A stretch of DNA of 64,000 nt from an uncultured Verrucomicrobiae bacterium (GTDB taxonomy: Bacteria > Verrucomicrobiota > Verrucomicrobiia > Chthoniobacterales > JAFAMB01), in contig CAVXLD010000007.1 of NCBI GenBank assembly GCA_963762565.1, forward strand, positions 128,001-192,000, in the 5' to 3' direction. Position 1 is the stretch's first letter. Every line of letters begins with the position of its first letter. This document shows positions 56,810 to 64,000 of the stretch, piece after piece. A program made the translations under genes and the position numbers. The notes under the pieces were generated by a model. The model was given only the letters and a program-made list of their open reading frames with translations, was not told the DNA's origin and ran no database searches.

Positions 56810-57399
56810 ATGCGCTCCGCCACCAGTCCCATTGAAATGAAAAACTTACTATCGATTATGCGAACTCTGGTACGGCTAACTAAAAGCTTTAAGCCTCGTT
56901 GGATCCTACCGATTATGGCCCTAATGATCAGACTATTCGTTTGCTAACTCGAGGCACTAGGGCTGAGCACTTCGATGGATAGCTCTTGGGGTTGCTGCTC
57001 TGCACCTCCTCCAAAAACACCACGTACTTCGCCGGGAGGCCCTCGTTTGCGCTGTAGGAGTCCTATAAGGAAGCCGTAATCTCTAGTCTCCCTAGGGGTA
57101 AGGCTGCGACTGTTTCAAGCGCGTCAAACATGTGACGCACATCCTCCGGCGACGCCCTGACAATATCCGAAAGCATCTTTTCACTCTCGGAATCATTGAT
57201 CGGTGCAGCCCGCCAAAGATCCAGCTACGGGTTACCATCGTTGGGAAACCTTTGAGGAAGCTCCGGAGCCTCGCCCTACAATCATGCCTGACCGATCCGG
57301 AGCCGGCTCATGGCCAACAAAGAAGTCTTCTCCAAAGACGGCCTCTCGGAATTCTACTTGAACTCCTGAACTCCTTGATCTCCTGTACTTCTTCTACTC

Positions 57400-57475
57400 G
57401 GCGCGTTCGTCTAGTCGGTTAGGACACGGCCCTCTCAAGGCCGGTGCACGGGTTCGAGTCCCGTACGCGCTGCCA
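57400..57475 (+). tRNA. tRNA-Glu (anticodon CTC)
   Basis: GGCGCGT/ACGCGCT acceptor stem, CGGCC-CTCTCAA-GGCCG anticodon arm, ACGGG-TTCGAGT-CCCGT T arm, encoded CCA. Confidence 0.97.
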
Positions 57476-57542
57476 TTTCTAAGGAGTTCAAGGAGTCCGA
57501 GGAGTTACAGGAGTTCAGGAGGTGGTTCTCGGACCACGATCT

Positions 57543-57881
57543 CTAGGCTTCGGCGAGGACAGTCTTGGTGTTTTCGCGCTCCACAGTCAGGTTCACCGAT
57601 CGGGCGCCTGCTGGGCGGGTGCGATGAACCACGTTGGCCGGTACGGTTGCCATCTGGCCGGGTTCTAAATGGAGAACTTGGTCCTGCGTCTCTAGGACCA
57701 GGCCGCCTTCCATGACAATGAAGGTCTCATCAGAATTCGGATGCAGATGCCAAGGGTATCCGCTGGTCATTACGCTGATTCGAATCACGTGGTCATTGAG
57801 TGCCGTGACGGCTTCGTTGTGATAGCCGCTTTGGACTGGGTCTGTTTTATCGCGAGGATCAATCTTGCTAATGTTGCTCAT
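57543..57881 (-). CDS. Cupin domain protein
   Basis: WHLHPNSDETF..VPANVVHR. Confidence 0.85.
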   Translation of the reverse strand: MSNISKIDPRDKTDPVQSGYHNEAVTALNDHVIRISVMTSGYPWHLHPNSDETFIVMEGGLVLETQDQVLHLEPGQMATVPANVVHRTRPAGARSVNLTVERENTKTVLAEA

Positions 57882-57900
57882 CGGGTAACCGTGACTCTGT

Positions 57901-58401
57901 ATGCTCCGCCAACCTGTTTTAAAAGGCCAGCTCATCGAACTGCGCCCCCTTCGATCCGAGGATTTTGATGAGCTTTTTGCGGTGGCGTCGGATCCGTTGA
58001 TTTGGGAGCAACATCCGCACAATACTCGCTATCAGGAAGATGTTTTCAGGAAGTTCTTTAGCGATGCGTTGGCTTCCGGCGGTGCGCTGATCGTGATCGA
58101 TTCTAAGACCGGCCGGGTGATTGGGTCGTCGCGCTATGCCGGCTATGACAAGGACAGGAGTCAAGTCGAGATCGGTTGGACCTTTCTGGCCAGGTCGCAT
58201 TGGGGCGGCGTTTATAACAGCGAGATGAAGCGGCTAATGTTGGATCACGCGTTTCAATTTGTGCACAACGTTATCTTCGTCATCGGCACGCAGAATCTTC
58301 GGTCGCAGAGAGCGGTTGAGAAACTTGGCGCAGTGCGAAACGGGTCTACGATCGATTCTGGCGGCGCGGATTGTTTTGTTTACCGGCTGACCCGGGAGTA
58401 A
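57901..58401 (+). CDS. GNAT family acetyltransferase (RimJ/RimL-like)
   Basis: EIGWTFLARSHWGG, NLRSQRAVEKLG. Confidence 0.88.
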   Translation: MLRQPVLKGQLIELRPLRSEDFDELFAVASDPLIWEQHPHNTRYQEDVFRKFFSDALASGGALIVIDSKTGRVIGSSRYAGYDKDRSQVEIGWTFLARSHWGGVYNSEMKRLMLDHAFQFVHNVIFVIGTQNLRSQRAVEKLGAVRNGSTIDSGGADCFVYRLTRE

Positions 58402-58476
58402 CGCCGAGATCGCCGGGAAAGCTGACATCGCCGGCAACGCCGGCAACGCTGGTATCGGCAGCCTCCACCTTGTCGT

Positions 58477-59010
58477 TTAGACTCGGACGCGCTTAGTAAG
58501 GCCGATATCGATTCCGCGGCGTAGATCGATCACCGCTTGAATTTCGGTGTCGCGGTCCAATTCCGGTTTGTCGTAGTGGTCGACCGATTTATACGAAGGT
58601 TGAGGCCGGTCCCAGGGGTAGTCGGGGAGAAGAGAAACGGCGCCGGCTTTGGCATAGATTTTGGCTTCGGGAATGAATTCTCCGCGGGTTCCGTTTCCCC
58701 AGTGCCCGAAGAGGATGGCGGCGAAAGGTCCCTTGCCCTTAGGCACGACGAGGTAGGCATCTACGAGGCCGCCTTTTGGACTGGCGTAGGTAATGTCATG
58801 AAGGGTGCAATCAGGAAATTCTTCGATAACCTTGTCCTGGATATCGAGCGGCAGCTGGTTGTCGTAATCAAACAAGTGGCTGAGCGATTGAAAATCGGGC
58901 GTTGTTTGAGCGGGCGCCGATGTGCCGAGCCAGGCCGGCGAGGGCGACAAGAGCAAGTAGCGTTCGCATGGGAAGCGTTGGGGTTTGGGAGGTGCGAACA
59001 AGTCTATCAA
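58477..59010 (-). pseudogene. Truncated alpha/beta hydrolase (esterase-like)
   Basis: YLVVPKGKGPFAAILFGHWG..DLRRGID then ends before the expected GxSxG nucleophile. Confidence 0.6.
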
Positions 59011-59135
59011 CGATCACAGCGGGCACAGCAAGCCATGGTAAACCGGTGGCTACCCCCTTCGAGCACGAGCACGATCGGGGACCTTTACGCTGATGAACTT
59101 GTCCAGGACATGATTCCCCACTAAGGTTCCAACCT

Positions 59136-60122
59136 GTGCCTGATTATCGTCCTGGTGAATTTAACGTAAACATCAACGTCCGATCCGCGATGTGGATCGT
59201 ACTTTCCTTGATCATCGTCTTCGTAGTGGCCGTCCTCGCGTTGACCTCGTATTACACGGTGGCAGCAGATTCGGAGGGGGTGGTTCTGCGCTTTGGGAAA
59301 TACATGAAAACCGTGCAACCAGGGCTGCATTTCAAGCTGCCGTTTGGAATCGATACGGTAGCGGTCATCCCGACCCGGCGGCAGTTGAAGCTCGAGTTCG
59401 GGTTCACGACGCCCGGTTATTTGTCTAACCCGATTCAGGCTAGCGAGGATCCTAACGAGGAAAAATCGATGGTTACCGGAGACCTGAATGCGGTTTTGGT
59501 GGAGTGGGTAGTGCAATATCGGATCGAGGATCCGAGCCAGTATCTTTTCGATGTGCGTAATCCGGGAGAAACCCTTCGCGACGTGTCTGAAGCGGCCATG
59601 CGAGAGGTGGTCGGGGACCGGACAGTGGATGAGGTCATCACGATTGGACGCCAAGATATCGAGACCGAGGCGCTGACCCGGATGCAGGAATTGGCCAAAC
59701 GGTATCATCTCGGGATTCGAGTGGATCAGGTGCAATTGAAGAATGTGAATCCGCCGGCGCAGGTACAGGCCTCATTCAACGAAGTAAACAAGGCGCAGCA
59801 AGACAAGCAGAACGCGATCAATATCGCTAACGGCGAATACAATAAAGTGATCCCGAGAGCGAAGGGTCAAGCGGACGAAACGATCCGGGCCGCAGAAGGT
59901 TACCGGTTCAAACGGGTTAACGAAGCAGAGGGCGATGTGGCTGCGTTCAGTGCCGTCTTGCAGCAGTATATTAAAGCGCCCGATATCACGCGCACCCGGC
60001 TTTACCTCGAAACTATGGAAGATGTGCTGCCGCAGACGGGCCCGAAAATCATCGTGGATGAGTCTTTACGGCAATTGCTTCCGATTCTGCCGCTGTCAAA
60101 GGGCGGGGAGGTGCACCCATAA
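59136..60122 (+). CDS. hflK: FtsH modulator HflK
   Basis: GVVLRFGK, TGDLN, NPPAQVQASF, RLYLETME. Confidence 0.92.
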   Translation: MPDYRPGEFNVNINVRSAMWIVLSLIIVFVVAVLALTSYYTVAADSEGVVLRFGKYMKTVQPGLHFKLPFGIDTVAVIPTRRQLKLEFGFTTPGYLSNPIQASEDPNEEKSMVTGDLNAVLVEWVVQYRIEDPSQYLFDVRNPGETLRDVSEAAMREVVGDRTVDEVITIGRQDIETEALTRMQELAKRYHLGIRVDQVQLKNVNPPAQVQASFNEVNKAQQDKQNAINIANGEYNKVIPRAKGQADETIRAAEGYRFKRVNEAEGDVAAFSAVLQQYIKAPDITRTRLYLETMEDVLPQTGPKIIVDESLRQLLPILPLSKGGEVHP

Positions 60123-61120
60123 TGAAAGTGAGAGCGACTCGTTTACTAGTGTTGATTCTGGCGGTGGTGTTTATCGTCGCCGTGGTGGTTTCTCTCTCGG
60201 TCTATACGGTTAATCAGACTGAGCAGGTGATCATTACCCAATTCGGCGAACCGGTCGGCGAGCCGATCACGGAGCCTGGGTTACATTTCAAAATGCCGTT
60301 CGTGCAAACCGTCAATACGCTGGATAAACGGTTTCTAGAATGGGATGGGGCGCCGGTCGCGATTCCGACCAGAGATAAAACCTATATTCATGTCGACACT
60401 TTCGCTCGTTGGCGAATTGAAGATCCCAAGACTTACTTTGTGCGGTTACATGATGAGCGGAGCGCGCAGTCGCGTCTGGAAGACATCCTGGGAAGTGAAA
60501 CCCGCAACTCGATCGCTAAACATGATCTGATCGAGATCGTGCGCACCGATAAGAATCGCGAGCCGGTCAAGGATGAAACTCTCAAAGGTGCAACCGGCGG
60601 AATTGGTGTTCTTCCTCCGATCCAATTTGGCCGACAGAAGATCGAAGTAGAGATCAGGACAGCAGCGGCGCAAAAGTTGTCGGAGTTCGGGATCACGGTG
60701 CTCGATTTCCGGATTAAGCGGGTGAATTACAACCCAGATGTGCTCGACCGGATTTATCAACGGATGATCAGTGAACGGCTACAGATTGCGCAACGATTCC
60801 GGTCTGAGGGTGAAGGAGAATCCGCGAGAATTGCCGGGCAGCGAGAACGCGACTTGAATGAGATCCAGTCTACCGCCTACCGGCAGGTCCAGCAGATCCG
60901 AGGAGAGTCTGACGCTAAAGCCAGTGAGATTTATGCTAAAGCCTATACCCAGGATTCGCAGGCGGCTGAGTTTTATACGTTTCTGAAGACGTTAGATACC
61001 TACCACAAAATTTTCACCAAAGATTCGACCATTATCCTGTCCACCGACAGTGAACTTTTTCAGTTGCTGAAACGGGCCGCGCCGAAGGCGGCGGCTTCGC
61101 CGACGCCGAGCTCGCCTTAG
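60122..61120 (+). CDS. hflC: FtsH modulator HflC
   Basis: ITQFGEP, GLHFKMPF, RMISER..RSEG; abuts hflK. Confidence 0.92.
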   Translation: MKVRATRLLVLILAVVFIVAVVVSLSVYTVNQTEQVIITQFGEPVGEPITEPGLHFKMPFVQTVNTLDKRFLEWDGAPVAIPTRDKTYIHVDTFARWRIEDPKTYFVRLHDERSAQSRLEDILGSETRNSIAKHDLIEIVRTDKNREPVKDETLKGATGGIGVLPPIQFGRQKIEVEIRTAAAQKLSEFGITVLDFRIKRVNYNPDVLDRIYQRMISERLQIAQRFRSEGEGESARIAGQRERDLNEIQSTAYRQVQQIRGESDAKASEIYAKAYTQDSQAAEFYTFLKTLDTYHKIFTKDSTIILSTDSELFQLLKRAAPKAAASPTPSSP

Positions 61121-61440
61121 GCGAGTTCGGAATAGAAAATAGCAAATAGCAAATAGCAAAGGGGCACTCGAGCTGCCCCGCGTCTGGTTAACGACCTATT
61201 TGCTATCTGCTATTTGCCATTTGTCATGCTGAACGAGCCTAAGCGAGTTCAGCGCAGGCGGCTGTGCGTTTATTAATCTATTGCCGATTGTAGGCTCTTA
61301 TGAAATTCTGGGCGGTCGGTGCGTTGCAAGGAAGCGGGTTGGAAAGAGGTAAAATGGAACGCCGGCGTTGGACTGGTGGATAACGGATCCGCGGTCTTTT
61401 TTTTGCAAAACAAAAATGCTTCTCGAAGAGACAACCCGTT

Positions 61441-62529
61441 ATGGAAATATCTGAGCAACAAACTTTAGTAAGACCGATGGGCCGTCGCCTGATTTTGGCG
61501 CTCGGCTTATCAGGTAGCCTGATCGTGTCGTCGGGCTTCGCAGCTGCGCCCCCATACAATACGGTGATTACCACTGTCAGCGTAGGGCAAAGCCCGGTTG
61601 CGATCGTCGTCAGTCCTAATGACAAGACGGCATACGTAGCCAACTACAACTCGAGCAGTATCAGCGTGATTGACGCCGCAAATAATTATCAGGTCGCGGC
61701 GACGACCACGGTCGCTCCGAATCCGCAGTACCTGGCAGTTAGCCCGGATGGAACGAGATTGTACGTATCCTCCGCTGGCAATCCAGGGACTATCTCAGTG
61801 ATCGACACGACTAAATCCACCTATCCGCTGTTGAAGAGTTTCTCGGTGGGCAGTGACAATCTGGCGGGTTTGGCTGTTACTCCCAATGGAAACGAGCTTT
61901 ATGTTGCAAGCCCTGGAGACCTTGCTGGCGGCATTGCGGGAACAGTCTTAGTCCTTGATACCTCAACTGATGCGCTGACCACGACGCTCCAGACGGGAGG
62001 GCAACCCTATCAAGTACTATTGCCGATAAATGCTACGGAAGCTTACCTATTAAACTCCGCCGGAAGCGGCTATGCGCAGCTCATCAATTCGAGCACAGGA
62101 AAGATTGTTCGTACGAACGTAGCCGGTGGGCGAATCTTTTTTCCGACAGGAATAGCCACGGAGGGCACCGCCAACAAATTATTCATTACTAGTCAGTTCA
62201 ATTATGTCACCGTTTTCGACGTCAAAACTAGGACGGTAATCAATCAATTTTTGGCGCAAACCGATGTATCCACGGCGATGGAATTGGGACAACCGGCAGT
62301 CAAACCGAACGGGCAATATTTGTATGTGCCGTACAGTTACAATGCCACTACCAATGCGTACCCTAATCAAGTGATAATGCTTTTAGTCTATACGGGGGAA
62401 ATCCTTGGCAAGCCGATCGCAGTCGGCAAACATCCGGTCTGGGCGCAGCTGGCGCCGCACGGAGACACGCTTTATGTGGCCAACGAAAACGACGGCACGG
62501 TAACGGTAATTGATTCGCAGGCGCAGTGA
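61441..62529 (+). CDS. Secreted YncE/YVTN beta-propeller protein
   Basis: Repeated SPDG..YV..SVID blades. Confidence 0.85.
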   Translation: MEISEQQTLVRPMGRRLILALGLSGSLIVSSGFAAAPPYNTVITTVSVGQSPVAIVVSPNDKTAYVANYNSSSISVIDAANNYQVAATTTVAPNPQYLAVSPDGTRLYVSSAGNPGTISVIDTTKSTYPLLKSFSVGSDNLAGLAVTPNGNELYVASPGDLAGGIAGTVLVLDTSTDALTTTLQTGGQPYQVLLPINATEAYLLNSAGSGYAQLINSSTGKIVRTNVAGGRIFFPTGIATEGTANKLFITSQFNYVTVFDVKTRTVINQFLAQTDVSTAMELGQPAVKPNGQYLYVPYSYNATTNAYPNQVIMLLVYTGEILGKPIAVGKHPVWAQLAPHGDTLYVANENDGTVTVIDSQAQ

Positions 62530-62560
62530 TTGACGTCTCCAATCCGCTACGCGGATGGCT

Positions 62561-62739
62561 TTCGGGGAGGGCGCGCGTCCCCGCGCGCCGCGAGGACCTG
62601 CCACCAGCCAGCGGCGTATTTTCGTCCGCGATCTAAACACGTCCGCGGTTTCGGTCACGATCCGGCAGCTGCCGCACGAGGACGCGATCCCTCCCCGCGA
62701 TGGGCCCACACTCCACCACTCCGCGTGGCCGGATTCGAG
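62561..62739 (+). repeat. ~180-bp dispersed repeat, copy 2
   Basis: Similar to 33795-33964. Confidence 0.88.
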
Positions 62740-62754
62740 AGAAGAAGGTTAGCG

Positions 62755-63279
62755 CTACACCCTAGTGGGCAAGATGTAAACGACTTCGCGGACGTCGGGA
62801 ACGGTTAGGGCCAGGTTGATCACGGAGAGGGCGTCATCCAGAGAGTTCTGTTGAGCACGGATTGAGACGATGCCGTCGTTAGAAGTGACTTGGAAGTCGC
62901 TGTTTTTCAACTTCGGTTCCCCGGCGATCCGGGCTCGAACGGAGGTGGTGATGATGGCGTCGTTGGTCAGGGCAACGGGATCAGAGTTCGGTTTTGCGCT
63001 CTTTGCTTCTACGACAATCTGGTCACTGCTGGCTTCGACAACTTGGCCGCCCACAATCCGCTCATAAAAGTTCGCTAAGCTCACTCCCCGCGACGCGGTA
63101 TCGTCAGCAACCGCAGGAATAGGCGATGGATGAACTTCGGTTCCGCTGGTGTGCGTCACTCTTGCCGGGGTCTGAAGGGTCCGGGATGAGGACGACTTTG
63201 GACCGGTGCCCGTAGAGGCGCACCCAAACAAGAGAAATATTAGCGGAATCAAGGCCCACGAACAGATTCTTCCAGCCAT
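62755..63279 (-). CDS. BON domain lipoprotein
   Basis: LFGC lipobox; DAIITTSVRARI..VTSNDGIVSI. Confidence 0.75.
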   Translation of the reverse strand: MAGRICSWALIPLIFLLFGCASTGTGPKSSSSRTLQTPARVTHTSGTEVHPSPIPAVADDTASRGVSLANFYERIVGGQVVEASSDQIVVEAKSAKPNSDPVALTNDAIITTSVRARIAGEPKLKNSDFQVTSNDGIVSIRAQQNSLDDALSVINLALTVPDVREVVYILPTRV

Positions 63280-63377
63280 ATCGTCCAAGTATAACCGGCA
63301 ATTGGGAGCAATTGCTCCTTCGCTTAGACGCATCAGGAGCGATTTTGTTTGCAGATTTTTGTACGAAAGGACCTGTC

Positions 63378-63607
63378 GAGCGCTGCCTCGCTTGCGGATT
63401 GTCGCTCTCGTTCTCGTCGTCGTCCTCGTCTCGGGTTGTTTCGAGCACGTTTTTAGACCTACCAAGATGCACTTTCGAAAGAACGCATTCCGACGGTCGT
63501 TCTCCCCGCGGTGAAGTGGCGAAACTCTCGAGGACGAGGACGAGAACCCGAGGCAGCGCTCCAGGGGTGGCGACCCCATCGGCCTCGCAAGCGAGGCAGC
63601 GCTCCAC
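63378..63607. repeat. REP-family inverted pair with GACGAG-type microrepeats
   Basis: GAGCGCTGCCTCGCTTGCG at 63378; inverted units at 63549-63607. Confidence 0.8.
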
Positions 63608-63642
63608 TTGATATGACGAAAATATCATACGATTGGATAGCC

Positions 63643-64000
63643 ATGTTTAGAAAAATTGGCTTGATCGCCATTCTAGGGGTGCTGGGGATAGGGACGCGGT
63701 GCGTCGCCCAAGGAACCGCCCGAGACTACACCACGCGCGCCGTGCAGTTGGTGAAGGAAGGCAAGGTAAATGAGGCGATGGAGGCATTCACAAAGGCGGT
63801 AGACCTATCTCCGAGCGATCCGATGTATCGCCGGAACCGGTCGGCTATGTACGCGCATTTAAAGCAATGGGACAAAGCGGTCGGCGATTACGACGAAATC
63901 CTTAAGGTCCAAGCGAATGACGTCACTACTCGTTTTAACCGCGGATATGCTTATTTTCAGCTCGGTAAGTTCGACGACGCCGAGCAAGATTTTGACGCGG
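63643..64000 (+). CDS. Secreted TPR protein (runs off the window)
   Basis: Hand-translated MFRKIGLIAILGVLG..FTKAVDLSP..NRGYAYFQLGKFDDAEQDF. Confidence 0.8.
   Translation, partial: MFRKIGLIAILGVLGIGTRCVAQGTARDYTTRAVQLVKEGKVNEAMEAFTKAVDLSPSDPMYRRNRSAMYAHLKQWDKAVGDYDEILKVQANDVTTRFNRGYAYFQLGKFDDAEQDFDA

Noticed and set aside
56837..56947. 36-aa ORF MKNLLSIMRTLVRLTKSFKPRWILPIMALMIRLFVC after the TonB receptor
   Set aside because: No clear RBS or motif; cannot be distinguished from a chance ORF.
56950..57310. Integrase remnant beside the tRNA
   Set aside because: The frames I translated by hand show no tyrosine (R..HxxR..Y) or serine recombinase motifs; BLASTX would be needed to exclude it fully.
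61130..61225. AATAGCA heptamer inverted repeats as a novel element
   Set aside because: One of many short intergenic microrepeat hairpins in this window; probably terminator-like.

Overview
A 64 kb bacterial window, roughly mid-50s % GC by eye. Gene style (long adenylate kinase, amidase fragment, many short intergenic repeats) suggests a soil Verrucomicrobium such as Chthoniobacterales; this is inference. Metal homeostasis modules dominate: an RcnR-like repressor with an atypical P1B-ATPase, a cobalamin-riboswitch btuB operon with two uncharacterised genes, NikR with a TonB receptor, two Zur-box-preceded damaged COG0523 genes, cusCBA, MerR/CadR-cadA, arsR-arsC/SigZ/cadD and mntH-usp-mntR with a TonB receptor. 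Housekeeping genes (adk, pip, ALS, ilvD-like, dacB, deaD, hflKC) are interspersed. The most striking structure is a tRNA-Glu(CTC) locus. The intact gene (57400-57475) is preceded by two 66-nt 5' copies (43967, 47574) that share the ~90-bp upstream leader, break at the same base and continue with a near-identical 18-bp tail. They bound two cargo modules, the reverse of the usual 3'-fragment tRNA island layout, and no integrase is visible in the window. Also present: a CTAG-flanked MITE, a 42-bp REP-like tandem array with compensatory stem changes, direct-repeat-flanked mini-cassettes, and several genes reduced by internal deletions. All product calls come from motif recognition, not database searches.
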